IMG/VR virus record: IMGVR_UViG_3300033994_000436
Strand: one strand, 5' to 3'
DNA length: 64,000 nucleotides
From: an uncultured virus (IMG/VR IMGVR_UViG_3300033994_000436)
Lineage: Duplodnaviria > Heunggongvirae > Uroviricota > Caudoviricetes
Part shown: positions 1-9,727 of the stretch, piece by piece
How positions within the stretch are numbered: position 1 is the stretch's first letter
How the letters are laid out: every line of letters starts with the position of its first letter
Notes under the pieces: model-generated
What the model saw: only the letters and a program-made list of their open reading frames with translations
Told to the model about the DNA's origin: nothing
The model's database searches: none
Made by a program: the position numbers and the translations under genes

Positions 1-126
1 CTAATGAGACAATTGCGCTCGTTGCCCCAACGTCAGAAGATGTGCCTCCATTGCTCATTTCTTTTTAGGTTGGAATAAAGACTCAGCGGTAAAAAGATTA
101 GATGCGACTTCTGGAAATTGTGACAT
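1..126 (-). CDS. Hypothetical protein downstream of MCP (5' part only, runs off window)
   Basis: ATG at 126 after an A/C-rich leader (AAACCAAAAAACT); open frame MSQFPEVASNLF... to the window edge. Confidence 0.55.
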
Positions 127-159
127 AGTTTTTTGGTTTAATAATTAATAATCAGTTGA

Positions 160-195
160 GGTAGCTGGAGCAAGTATTAACTCACTCCAGCCACC
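160..195 (-). terminator. Hairpin directly after MCP stop (terminator or stabilising stem)
   Basis: GGTGGCTGGAG...CTCCAGCTACC stem 12 nt after the stop; U-tract is weak. Confidence 0.45.
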
Positions 196-207
196 GATAA
201 CTAACTA

Positions 208-1416
208 TTACAGACCAGTCGAGGAGGTCGAGCAGGGCAGGGGCTGACCATCAAACGGGCAACGCTTGAACAGCACAGGGCAGACGTTCTGCGGACGAAT
301 CGGCTGAACCGCACGCTGGATCTGGTAGATGTGCTGACCGAAATCGCCATACAGGTTGCAATCGTTGTCGCGGAAGTAAGTCCACTCCAGTTCACCCATC
401 GCGAGTTGCGGGGCAAAGCGGAAGGTTCCCTCACCGACATAGTTTTCGGGGACGAGACGCTTGAACGAGTCGCCAGCGATAACGAATCCAACCTCGTACG
501 GAGCGGACACCCAAGCCGGATTGCGGCGTTGAGCAAATCCGTTCGTGACGGCGGTGCTGATGATGGGGTTGACAAGGACGAGGTTGCCGGAGCCATCGAA
601 ACCAGTAGCACGGAGGGGCTGTTGGTCGATACCGAAGGCGAAACCGCGATACCCTTGGAACTGATACCCGCTGATGCTCTGCTCACCGAGCTTGAAGCTA
701 CCTGCGGTGAGATAGAGGAGGTCTTCCTTAACGTCTGCATCGTTGCGGATGTTTTCGATAGCATCTGCGCCGAGCATGACTTGGAAGAACTCGCCATCCT
801 TGCTGGCGAAAGGCTCTGCAAGCATCTCCTCGCGAAGGAAGGTTCCAATGCGATAGAGGGTCTTGAAGTTGAGGGGGCCATCCGGCAGAACCTGCGCGAA
901 CTGGGTGTTGATCTGTTGCATATCTCCCGTGAGGTTCTGGGTGAACGTGCGGGTGGTGTTAACAACATACTTGACACCAGACTGGATCAGGAACTGATAA
1001 CGAATATCAGCGTTGATGATCTGGAGGATGGTCTTCTCAAGCGACACTTGCGCTTGGAGATAAGAACCCTTGAATGCGGTACGAGCCTGCTTAACGCAGA
1101 CGCGAGGGCCAGCACCACGGAGGGTCTGAAGGCTGAACTGGTATTCGGTCGATCCAACCTGATCGGCAGTGGCTCCAACGCCGCAAAGCGTCAGGTCAGA
1201 GACGAAGGTAGGAGCCGCGAGCGAAGCGGCAGGAACGGCCATTTCCTCAACAACCGAGCGAACGGTGTCGGAAACGCTGGGGAGCGTGCCGCCGTCGATG
1301 GCGTTGATGTAGGGGGATTTACGGGCCAGCACCTTCGCGATCTGACCAATGATGCGGTTGACATCCTTGGAGGCGAAGTTCTGGATCGTAGACAGGGGGA
1401 TACAATCAGAAGACAT
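208..1416 (-). CDS. Major capsid protein (~402 aa; start re-assigned to MSSDCIPL)
   Basis: Size, strong codon bias (C/G third positions), position downstream of portal and scaffold, own promoter and terminator, A/C-rich leader before ATG 1416. Confidence 0.8.
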   Translation of the reverse strand: MSSDCIPLSTIQNFASKDVNRIIGQIAKVLARKSPYINAIDGGTLPSVSDTVRSVVEEMAVPAASLAAPTFVSDLTLCGVGATADQVGSTEYQFSLQTLRGAGPRVCVKQARTAFKGSYLQAQVSLEKTILQIINADIRYQFLIQSGVKYVVNTTRTFTQNLTGDMQQINTQFAQVLPDGPLNFKTLYRIGTFLREEMLAEPFASKDGEFFQVMLGADAIENIRNDADVKEDLLYLTAGSFKLGEQSISGYQFQGYRGFAFGIDQQPLRATGFDGSGNLVLVNPIISTAVTNGFAQRRNPAWVSAPYEVGFVIAGDSFKRLVPENYVGEGTFRFAPQLAMGELEWTYFRDNDCNLYGDFGQHIYQIQRAVQPIRPQNVCPVLFKRCPFDGQPLPCSTSSTGL

Positions 1417-1620
1417 AGTGTTTGGTTTGGTTGACTTGAAGTAGTCACAACCGTTTGGTAGCGACAACCCCAAGGGTGTACGGCTCTCGCGTGCGAGAAC
1501 GATACGAAGTTTGGTTTGGTGTCGCTTTCCGGCACGCTGAAAGCATTTGTTTGCGGCCTGATTAGTGAGTCCTTTGGCTCTCACTGAGCCATTCCCATGC
1601 GGAGGGAACCTGCCGAAGTT
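1417..1620 (-). ncRNA. Structured ~200-nt 5' leader of MCP mRNA
   Basis: Stems TTCGGCA/TGCCGGA, TTCCC/GGGAA, AGCGACA/TGTCGCT, TCTCGC/GCGAGA, TGACT/AGTCA between promoter and ATG. Confidence 0.5.
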
Positions 1621-1626
1621 GATGAA

Positions 1627-1655
1627 CTATTAGGCTATAACAAATATTTGGTCAA
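1627..1655 (-). promoter_or_regulatory. Promoter for MCP
   Basis: TTGACC-17 nt-TAATAG; CCTAATAGTTC shared with the promoter at ~21070. Confidence 0.6.
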
Positions 1656-1658
1656 TAC

Positions 1659-2240
1659 TTATTTTATTTTTTTGATAACAAATTCAATAAATGCTTCAAC
1701 GGCATTTGCCCGATCATACGTTTGATCCATTTTCGTTCCAATTGAATAGTTGTAGTTCGTGTCCACAAGCCTGCAAATTTCTATCTTGTGTTGGCTAAAG
1801 TTGTTCAACAGCCAATCAGGGAATAGCACATGATTAGGCGCAGGAGATCCTTTCTGCCACATTGAGAATGTGCTTTTGTGATCTGGGTTGTAACGAGAAG
1901 GCCATACCATACCCTCATAAAGTTCCCAAGATGGGATTGTAATCACCGCAAAACCTCCAACCTTTAGAACCTTCATCCAAGACTCCAAGGCGGCTACAGG
2001 GTCATGCATATGCTCTAGGCACTGGGATGCGTGAATGTAATCAAATGAACTTGCCGGAAAATAGTCGTGTAGCCTATTAGCGTCTCCATCTTGCACATCG
2101 AATCCGACTACGCCATCAATATCGATTAGGTCATCGCCTGCTCCAATATCGATTCCTTTTCCTGTAAATACTTCCTCCCAGAAAGGCTTTTCTTTGCCAG
2201 ATAGTCTTCGGGTCATTGCTTTAGATGATTCTTGGCACAT
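1659..2240 (-). CDS. Class I SAM-dependent methyltransferase
   Basis: GIDIGAG motif I, FDYIHASQCLEH, LKVGG motifs. Confidence 0.85.
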   Translation of the reverse strand: MCQESSKAMTRRLSGKEKPFWEEVFTGKGIDIGAGDDLIDIDGVVGFDVQDGDANRLHDYFPASSFDYIHASQCLEHMHDPVAALESWMKVLKVGGFAVITIPSWELYEGMVWPSRYNPDHKSTFSMWQKGSPAPNHVLFPDWLLNNFSQHKIEICRLVDTNYNYSIGTKMDQTYDRANAVEAFIEFVIKKIK

Positions 2241-2247
2241 ATAGGCT

Positions 2248-2826
2248 TTAGTTAGGGATTAAGTCTTGGTACTTGTCGCGGTGAAAGATTACTGCGTCTT
2301 TTCGGATAATCTTATTGTCTCGCTGGAACCTATGAGGATTTGCCTTTCCTGCGCTGTCATAAATTCCATAACTATGCTGGATCAGGGGCGACCAGCAAAC
2401 CATATTTGATTGTTTCTGCAAAATATACATATCCCATCCATAACCATACATATCACCATCGATATTCTTAGGTATTATCTCAAATGTCCTTGGGCCATAG
2501 ACTCCAATGCCTCCAATAAGGTCATGAGGAACATTTTTATCCGAAGAAAGCATGAATTGCTTGTGACTATCTTTATAAACAGACTCAATCTTGTTAAGCC
2601 ATCCGGCGCACAACGGAATTGAGTCAGGTTCTAGCCAAAAATATGGCTCTCCTTTCATAATTTGAGCCGCTTGATGGAATGCGTAGTTATTTCTAGCGGG
2701 ATATTCGTTAGTTTCGTCAATTGCTGGTATTACAAGCACATCAGTGCCATCTAATCTTTTAATATAGCCGACAAGATTGTTTACTTCTTTTGCCTGACGT
2801 TCAGCGGCTACGATTACGGCTTTCAT
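2248..2826 (-). CDS. Putative glycosyltransferase-like protein (GT-A fold)
   Basis: YFWLEPD resembles a DXD-type motif; GWD and IFH motifs; lies inside the GT cluster. Confidence 0.5.
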   Translation of the reverse strand: MKAVIVAAERQAKEVNNLVGYIKRLDGTDVLVIPAIDETNEYPARNNYAFHQAAQIMKGEPYFWLEPDSIPLCAGWLNKIESVYKDSHKQFMLSSDKNVPHDLIGGIGVYGPRTFEIIPKNIDGDMYGYGWDMYILQKQSNMVCWSPLIQHSYGIYDSAGKANPHRFQRDNKIIRKDAVIFHRDKYQDLIPN

Positions 2827-3560
2827 TTTGTCAGTTTCTCAAATGGGACATTGCCATCAAGGCAATACCAAGCACCCTCGTATGGAATTATGCTGTTGGG
2901 GGCTGGAGAATATGTTTCCTGCAATAGCGGCTTACGCAATCCTGCGGCAATCCAGAATGCGCTAGACTGATTTCCTACATAAAAGTCTGCTCCTTCAATA
3001 GCCTTGGCGACATCTAGGCAGTTTTCTGTTTTGTAATACTCAACATTGCCAAGTCTTTGGCAAAAGTCTGCGTATTCGCTTTCTTGCCCTATGAATAAAG
3101 CCCTGTCTCCAAAGAATTTAACAACATCCTTCCAAGGAAAGCTGTCGTTCCAGTATCTTGGTGATCTATTAAAGATAACACGCCCCTTTGTTAGTGGATC
3201 TGCTTCAACTTTTAACCAAGGTTCCGTTATTTCCATGTGTCCTGTTTCTCTTGGAACTAGATTAACGAAACGAGCTTGAGAATCCATCAGAGATATTTCA
3301 TCCCTGTAGCACTCTCTCCAGTTTGACATATCATAATAGACACTCCGGCCTTCGGAACTCATGGATGATTCTATTCCTTGATCATCTAGCAGGGGCTTTA
3401 AAGAGTCGTACTTGTATCCTGTCATTGGCGCACCCCAATCGGCATCCATCACCAATAGGAAGTTTCCCTGAAGTGCGCGATATATTGGAATAAATGCGAT
3501 GATATCGCCAATATGCCCAGCGTGAGTGAACGTGATTTGTTTATTAAATGGGCTTTTCAT
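2823..3560 (-). CDS. GT9 (heptosyltransferase-like, GT-B) glycosyltransferase
   Basis: GHIGDII N-terminal motif and IEGADFYVGNQSSAFWIAAGLRKP C-terminal motif typical of GT9. Confidence 0.75.
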   Translation of the reverse strand: MKSPFNKQITFTHAGHIGDIIAFIPIYRALQGNFLLVMDADWGAPMTGYKYDSLKPLLDDQGIESSMSSEGRSVYYDMSNWRECYRDEISLMDSQARFVNLVPRETGHMEITEPWLKVEADPLTKGRVIFNRSPRYWNDSFPWKDVVKFFGDRALFIGQESEYADFCQRLGNVEYYKTENCLDVAKAIEGADFYVGNQSSAFWIAAGLRKPLLQETYSPAPNSIIPYEGAWYCLDGNVPFEKLTK

Positions 3561-4149
3561 CTTGAGGCGTAGTCAAAGATGCCATTACGTCAGAACGCTT
3601 TTCTTCACCAGATGACTTTGCGTGGTGCAATAGTGGCAGAGATTCGTGCAGGGAACTTTTTAGTCCCAAGATGTGTGCCTCATAAAGAACCTTACCTTCA
3701 TCAATCAAGTCATCATGTATAAACTTCTTTATCGCGTTAGCGCAATGGTCTTGCGTTGCGTAGAAGACATAAGCAGGAGCATCCTCGTTGATTTGAATAG
3801 TGGCATTGTTTTCGTGCGCTTCTGCCTGATTGGTTGTGAACCCAAGATTGGCTACATCGTAGTCGCTCATCCAGCCGCCTCCAGCGGCATGGAGAGCGCA
3901 CCATCTAATGTACCTAGCGATTATCCAGTCGAACCTAGTAGCTAGTTCTGGAGGAAGCCCGTGAGCCGTGTTCATTAGTTTTTGTGTCAGCTTATTGTAC
4001 AGCGGACTTGCTTGTGCATGGCTCCTGTTCAGCATTGTGTTCTGCCATCCGTTCGCCTCCCAACTATGTTTCCACCAGTTGGCGCAGGCAAACTCCTCGT
4101 TCTGATTGGAGAGAGGAATGCTTTGGTAATATGCGTAAATCTTTTTCAT
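3544..4149 (-). CDS. DXD-motif glycosyltransferase-like protein (GT32-like)
   Basis: RWCALHAAGGGWMSDYDV matches the R..L...GG.Y.D.D pattern. Confidence 0.6.
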   Translation of the reverse strand: MKKIYAYYQSIPLSNQNEEFACANWWKHSWEANGWQNTMLNRSHAQASPLYNKLTQKLMNTAHGLPPELATRFDWIIARYIRWCALHAAGGGWMSDYDVANLGFTTNQAEAHENNATIQINEDAPAYVFYATQDHCANAIKKFIHDDLIDEGKVLYEAHILGLKSSLHESLPLLHHAKSSGEEKRSDVMASLTTPQDEKPI

Positions 4150-5211
4150 TCAATAAGTTTTATAACCAACGTGAAACACTGGGAGACCAAGATCAAGGTG
4201 TGGTTGGTGTCCGGCTTCTTTTGCCCTAATGCAGAACGACACATCTTCTCCGCGAGCAGAATCGAATGGTCGGAAATAATCGTAATCATAATCCGGCACA
4301 TTGATCTTCAGGCTATCGCCAAACTTGGCGCGAATGTCTTCAAACACTTTGCGGTGTATAAGCATACATCCAGTACCCATCCAATCGACAGGAACAACGG
4401 CATCCTCGTATGTTTTGGCGCGACTGGCTAGACCTTGATCGCTTGCCATAAGTGCGCCTCCTTCCTGCCTTCCGAAATAAGAAGCACCTACAATTGTCTT
4501 TCCAGCACCGATAAGCCGATGAACAACATGACGCTGAAGAGGAAGGTCTAGGATTTGCCTAGCACCCTGTACCCAATACCTGAACCAATTCGGTCGTCCA
4601 ATTGACGGGATAATGTCGTCGTCAATCATCAGCAACCACTTGGCATCCGTTTCAAGGAACTTGTGAGCGAGTCGGTTGCGAGCGTGTTCAATTTTGCTGT
4701 CTCCGATAGCCATGTCGAATCGGATCTTGTCCTTTCCGAAATCAAGTGCCATTGCGACATTTATGGCCGCTGTGACAGGATTGCTATGCTTGTACCAAGG
4801 CCAACCAACAAAAATATCGCGACCAGCAAACTCACAACGATAAGAAGGTAGTCCTTCAGTCGAGCGAGACTCAATAATAGGATTCGCAACAATTGGGTTA
4901 GCCGCCTCTGACATTGCCGCCTTTGGCTTGCGTCCACGCTTTGGCTTTTCTGGTTCATTTTGTGGCTCTAAATCGGCTGTGGAACGCTGTGGAACATCAC
5001 TTTTTGCTTCATATGAGCCATTTTCTGGATTTAACGGGTATTCTGGGGTCGATTTAGAATCAGTTGTTTCATCTGCTGGCTCTCGCTCTTTAACAATATC
5101 CCCACCACCCAAGCGCATAGGCTTGGGGATAGGGCCATTAAATGGATCTGACGAAGACAGGGCGCGATTGGTCGCTTCCTGCATAGGCGTTGAAATTGGA
5201 TCTCGTATCAT
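4150..5211 (-). CDS. GT2-like glycosyltransferase with ~120-aa disordered N-terminus
   Basis: ARNRL, LLMIDDD, GTGCMLIHRKVF, GEDVSFC, H.G motifs. Confidence 0.8.
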   Translation of the reverse strand: MIRDPISTPMQEATNRALSSSDPFNGPIPKPMRLGGGDIVKEREPADETTDSKSTPEYPLNPENGSYEAKSDVPQRSTADLEPQNEPEKPKRGRKPKAAMSEAANPIVANPIIESRSTEGLPSYRCEFAGRDIFVGWPWYKHSNPVTAAINVAMALDFGKDKIRFDMAIGDSKIEHARNRLAHKFLETDAKWLLMIDDDIIPSIGRPNWFRYWVQGARQILDLPLQRHVVHRLIGAGKTIVGASYFGRQEGGALMASDQGLASRAKTYEDAVVPVDWMGTGCMLIHRKVFEDIRAKFGDSLKINVPDYDYDYFRPFDSARGEDVSFCIRAKEAGHQPHLDLGLPVFHVGYKTY

Positions 5212-5213
5212 TG

Positions 5214-6527
5214 TTATTCTCCGGCTTCATCAAGTCCCATGTCAATGGCATCGGATGGCTTCATCGCAATGCGCTCATTTAGACTGGTTGTCTTGTTGGT
5301 TGACGGCGTGCTAACGCTTTGGCGAGGCATCTTTCCAGAAGATTTTAACCTGCTGTTTTCCTCAGTAAGTTTTTTAAGCTGTGATTCCAAAGTAGCCCTG
5401 TTTGATTGCTCTGCGCGAAGCTGATTTGTAAGAACATGGCTGTAAACTGCGGCGGCGGCTACTGAGGCACGCTCGTTTGCAGATTGGGGCCACAATGCAG
5501 AGTTGAACTTGTTTTCCAAGTCAGCAACTACATTGTTGTGTGCCTGAATTTTTTCAACCTGTTCTTGCGTAGCAGTTTCAGGGACTTCCTGATACCTAGC
5601 CCAAGGAACCTCCTTGGTAATCTCATCAACGTAGTTGCGGATATTCCCAGTCTCCTGCTGATACCACTCCTGAGATTGCTGTTGACGCTGTGCAAGGATT
5701 TCTTCGGCGTGTTCGGCGGCATATGCCACTTCTGCCTCTTGCTTGTCTTTAAGGTCAGAAACATCAATCAGATTGCGTTTCAGCTTTTCGGCATCAGTCA
5801 TTGGCAACTTTGCAAGAGCGTTTTCCTGCCACCACTTGTCTTCAATCTTATCCGGCCCACCAGCCTTTTCGATGCTTTGGATAACCTCATCAGTAGCACC
5901 ATGCTTCCGCATGATGTTGTAGATGTTTTCCTTTGCCGCTGAAATCGGCTGAGTGTATTTGCTTTGGAACTCTGGATCGTTCTTGATGTCGAAGATTTGC
6001 TTAAATTTCTTTAGCTCTTCGTAGTCTTGCGGGGTTTGGGTTGGCCGTTGCTCGGCTTCTTCAAGTCTTTGCCGCAGGATGGCAGTTTCTTCGGCTTGTT
6101 TTTTGTAGCTGGTGGCAGTTTCTTGGAGTTTGCGCCAGTTGTTTTGGTTCTTTTCTGACAGGTTTCGCGGCTGTTCGATTGCGGCGATTTCGGGGTCGAT
6201 TTCGCTTTGGGACTCACGAACGCTTTCGGGTTGCACGGCGTTAACTGATTCGGGTGCAGGTTCGGTAGCAGGTTCGCTGGGTTCTTCCACAGGAAGTTGC
6301 GAACTTTCTTCGCCAAGGCTTTCAAGGCTTGTATCAGTGTTTTCTTCATTTGACGTATTAGTTGGTTGTTCTGTTTCTGGTGATGTCTCGCGCTCTGCTT
6401 CATCAAGCAATGCGTCGAGTGAGTTGTGTACGTCTTCGCTGATCTTGTCAGCGTCGAGTCGTTCTGCTCCACCATCGGGATTAGCGGCGGTGATTTCGGG
6501 TACTAGGTTGTCGTTTTCTTCTTCCAT
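5214..6527 (-). CDS. Capsid scaffolding protein
   Basis: Very acidic N-terminus, long coiled coil, position between portal and MCP. Confidence 0.65.
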   Translation of the reverse strand: MEEENDNLVPEITAANPDGGAERLDADKISEDVHNSLDALLDEAERETSPETEQPTNTSNEENTDTSLESLGEESSQLPVEEPSEPATEPAPESVNAVQPESVRESQSEIDPEIAAIEQPRNLSEKNQNNWRKLQETATSYKKQAEETAILRQRLEEAEQRPTQTPQDYEELKKFKQIFDIKNDPEFQSKYTQPISAAKENIYNIMRKHGATDEVIQSIEKAGGPDKIEDKWWQENALAKLPMTDAEKLKRNLIDVSDLKDKQEAEVAYAAEHAEEILAQRQQQSQEWYQQETGNIRNYVDEITKEVPWARYQEVPETATQEQVEKIQAHNNVVADLENKFNSALWPQSANERASVAAAAVYSHVLTNQLRAEQSNRATLESQLKKLTEENSRLKSSGKMPRQSVSTPSTNKTTSLNERIAMKPSDAIDMGLDEAGE

Positions 6528-6533
6528 AATTTA

Positions 6534-6773
6534 TCACATAGAAACGAATGATGCCGACGAAGCATCATCTTGTTTGTTTTCGTCTAAAATAATGTCATCA
6601 AGTTGGCGGATAATAAACTCTGCGCCTTCTTTGTATTTGGCTTCAAGGGCAACCTGCTCAATGGTTGTTCCTTTTGTGTTTGGAATTACTGAACGCAAAA
6701 ACGCAATGAGTTTGCCGCCAGTTTTAGTATTGTATTCACGAAAGCGAGCAGAGTCGCTAGATTGCCATATCAT
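6534..6773 (-). CDS. Small head-module protein
   Basis: 79-aa ORF abutting the scaffold gene; A.YKEG motif like small proteins between portal and scaffold. Confidence 0.6.
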   Translation of the reverse strand: MIWQSSDSARFREYNTKTGGKLIAFLRSVIPNTKGTTIEQVALEAKYKEGAEFIIRQLDDIILDENKQDDASSASFVSM

Positions 6774-6870
6774 AATTTATTTGTTTGGGTTGTCAGAAGA
6801 CGCATAGGTTTTCTGACTTATAGCAAACAATGTCAATAGTTAATTTGCAGGAAATTTCCTGCTGGCTATT

Positions 6871-7290
6871 TTATTCTCTTACGTCTGGATAATCTGCTAC
6901 AGGCGCATTCATGGGCTTTCCGGCAGACTTCTTGTAGGCTTTTGCCTTCATGAATTCACTAACAGAAGTATCTCTGCCAGTCGAATTTGGTGATGCCGAT
7001 CCAGCATCATTGTTGGCAAAATCAATTGACAACTCCTCAAGCTGTTTTCCTTCAGACTGACGATCAGATATTTCTTTTTCAGTCAAAGGAGTGGATTTTT
7101 CTTTGTCCACATAAGCCATATTCCGCAGTGGCTCTTTGTAGTTGCTTGGAACAACCATTGGCTTTGTGTCTCCATAATACGGCATATCTGCCTTCATGAT
7201 GTCTTTTTTCATCATTGATTGTTCAGTAGACATTTTGTCAACAGCGGGGCTGTTTGCGATTGCGTTGTATCCGGCGTTTGATCCACCCAT
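6871..7290 (-). CDS. Hypothetical protein with MGGS N-terminus
   Basis: 139-aa ORF with A/C-rich leader directly after the portal gene. Confidence 0.6.
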   Translation of the reverse strand: MGGSNAGYNAIANSPAVDKMSTEQSMMKKDIMKADMPYYGDTKPMVVPSNYKEPLRNMAYVDKEKSTPLTEKEISDRQSEGKQLEELSIDFANNDAGSASPNSTGRDTSVSEFMKAKAYKKSAGKPMNAPVADYPDVRE

Positions 7291-7323
7291 AATAGTAGTT
7301 TGTTGGTTTTTTTGTTGTTGTGA

Positions 7324-9726
7324 TTAAGCGGCAGTAGTTGGGCGAGGAGGGTTACTCACGCTACTTACAGTCGATGATTGATCAGGAGTAGTTGCATCGT
7401 ATTGCTGTTGGAGCAACTTTGACTGAGCAACGCTAGTTGGTCTTCCTCCTCCACGGCTGGGAGCGGCGGCAGGCGCAACGTCTGGCGGCGGAGGGGCGTT
7501 TTGTCCTTTTGTAAGGTGATTGTGAGCCTCCTGCAACGCTTGCTTGTATTGTGCAATTGCCTGCTTTGGCGCACCCTTTGCTTCGGCGGCTTGAATGTGA
7601 CCAGCAAAATGTTGCATGGCCTTCGCAAGCGGAGCAACACCTTCTGGGGGAAGGGTTCCAACTGGGATGTTTGCAATGATAGGCATGAGCTTCTGCACCA
7701 TCGTGTCAAGGTGAACCAGATCATTGTCTCTCGGAGAAACTGGAATATCTTGACCTGAGATAATTGACTGAAGCTCAATGACTTGCTGTCTAGTGGCTTC
7801 AATTGCGATGGCTTCGACTTGATCCTTGGGAAGAATAACCGCATTAGCCGTTGTCGTTCCAAGTTTCCGGCTCCAGTCCAGTTTCATCAACTCGTCTTGG
7901 TTGATATTTGGATTGCCCATGTAGCGAGCGATAAGGCTATCAAGAACCACGTTGTCCTGTGGCGTTGTGTCTTGAAGTAGCTGGCTGGCAGGGCTGTAAG
8001 CCATCAAAAGAATGTCAGAAGGAGGAACGTTTCGCTCCAGCATCGTCAAACAGCAATTCACTGCGTCTTCGTCAAGGTGTTCTGCGATTTCAAATGGAAC
8101 AAGGAATTTAGGAAGTTCCATCATGCTACGATCAAAGGCTTCGACCACTTCGCGCCTTGCCCAAACAGCGTTAGGTTCGTTTTGTCGCACAATATCAAGA
8201 AGCCCCTTCACATCAGCGGCGGCTTTCAGGTGTTCAGGGTGACAGATTCCTTTCTGCATACGTTCGACAGCCTGCGAGAACTGGCGGCTGAAGCGCATCA
8301 GAATTCCTTCCCTGAGTTGATTTTCAATAGCGGCAACACGATTGACTTCGGAAGCTGTCTTTTGGCCTCCTCCTGACAATGGTGCGGTAGGAAGGAATGT
8401 TCCGACTTGGATCTCTGCAAGGCCGGAAACGAATTGATCCAGCTTCAGGAAGTCGTCGGTATCGGCAGGAACATTTTGCGGGATGACTTCATAGCCCTCT
8501 GACACAAAAGCAACGGGATGGTGTACCGTAAGCGGCGTAACTCCAACCTTTGCATTTGGGCCTTTCTTGAGCAGTAGAAGTCCCTTTAGATAGGTGTTAT
8601 CAACTACAAGGTTGCGAGCCTTCTCAACGGCCACATGGGTGTTGTAAAGGTCGCGTCCGGCTCCACGGCTTGACATCAGGTTCCCTGAACCAATCTCAAC
8701 GCTGAACAATGCCAAGCACTCGCTCATGGTGTTGTAGCGGTCAACCTGCGTGCAGATTTCCTTGCCAGACTTGTCATCGAAAAGATAACGGCTGATCTTG
8801 CCATGCGGCTCACGAACAAGGATTTCGCCTAGCTCGACATACTTTGCATCGTTCTCGTAGCTGGCTCCATAAGATCCTTCACGAATCCAGTCTTCATAAC
8901 GCCTCGCGTCATCGTCAGAATCAAGCGTGCGTCCGGCAGGAATCGCGTTGTTGATGCTTTCGACCAAGTTGTTGATGTGCCATCCAGCGGCGGCTGATAG
9001 CTCTGGGGCTTCAAGGACTGGTAGAAGCTCTGCAATCTGATAACGGCGTTTCCTTGCCCAGATCGGAGTCTGATCGGTCACCTGCGGGGTTTCGATGCTA
9101 AAGAAGGTGTAGTCTTGGCGAAGGAATTCAGGCTTCCAATCGCGAAGATCGTCCCAGCAAAGTCCACAATATCCAAAGGTAGTATTCTCATGAACAACCT
9201 GCGCCACAAGATCGTCAAATCCCTTCCAAGACCTAATGCACTTGGTAATCTCCTCGCGGAATATCTTTGTCTTATTCTCGGAGTCAATACTCTCAATAGG
9301 ATACTTTGCAAAGGTAAGTGTAGCCGCTGTCTCAATTACCTGCCGGAATGGGGGCTGGATTCGGCTGACCATCGTTGAAATAAATCCCGTAGGGCGATTG
9401 CTCCTCCAGTTCTGTCCCATGCTCTCCAGCTTCTTGTTGCTGTAAGGCGGCTCCAGATTCAGTTTCTTCTGAATCATCTGGTTCTTGCGGTTGCGTTCTA
9501 CGTTCTGCTGTTTCAGCCTGCGGTATGCGCTATGCGCCTGCGTAGAGTCTTTAAATGTGCGCCTGACCTGAAGTGTATCAGGATCTACCGTATCAAGTGT
9601 GCCAGTGTCTGGATCAACGACATCAAGATTAAGAATGCGAGGTTTGTCGTGACCATCTGCAACGCGAGCAGATTTATTTGCGTATGCGTCTGTGATCCTT
9701 GGAGGTAGCGGTTTTAGGTTTGCCAT
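7324..9726 (-). CDS. Portal protein
   Basis: 800 aa; KTASEV motif typical of podovirus portals; Pro/Ala/Gln-rich C-terminus; between TerL and scaffold. Confidence 0.7.
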   Translation of the reverse strand: MANLKPLPPRITDAYANKSARVADGHDKPRILNLDVVDPDTGTLDTVDPDTLQVRRTFKDSTQAHSAYRRLKQQNVERNRKNQMIQKKLNLEPPYSNKKLESMGQNWRSNRPTGFISTMVSRIQPPFRQVIETAATLTFAKYPIESIDSENKTKIFREEITKCIRSWKGFDDLVAQVVHENTTFGYCGLCWDDLRDWKPEFLRQDYTFFSIETPQVTDQTPIWARKRRYQIAELLPVLEAPELSAAAGWHINNLVESINNAIPAGRTLDSDDDARRYEDWIREGSYGASYENDAKYVELGEILVREPHGKISRYLFDDKSGKEICTQVDRYNTMSECLALFSVEIGSGNLMSSRGAGRDLYNTHVAVEKARNLVVDNTYLKGLLLLKKGPNAKVGVTPLTVHHPVAFVSEGYEVIPQNVPADTDDFLKLDQFVSGLAEIQVGTFLPTAPLSGGGQKTASEVNRVAAIENQLREGILMRFSRQFSQAVERMQKGICHPEHLKAAADVKGLLDIVRQNEPNAVWARREVVEAFDRSMMELPKFLVPFEIAEHLDEDAVNCCLTMLERNVPPSDILLMAYSPASQLLQDTTPQDNVVLDSLIARYMGNPNINQDELMKLDWSRKLGTTTANAVILPKDQVEAIAIEATRQQVIELQSIISGQDIPVSPRDNDLVHLDTMVQKLMPIIANIPVGTLPPEGVAPLAKAMQHFAGHIQAAEAKGAPKQAIAQYKQALQEAHNHLTKGQNAPPPPDVAPAAAPSRGGGRPTSVAQSKLLQQQYDATTPDQSSTVSSVSNPPRPTTAA

Positions 9727-9727
9727 A

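Noticed and set aside
331..1434. 367-aa plus-strand ORF antisense to MCP, and the 258-aa alternate-frame ORF 201-977
   Set aside because: Shadow ORFs expected from the strong codon bias of the capsid gene; no recognisable motifs or start context.
1417..1584. 56-aa N-terminal extension of MCP in the ORF track
   Set aside because: Starts at a non-ATG codon inside a structured leader; ATG 1416 has the A/C-rich leader typical of this genome.
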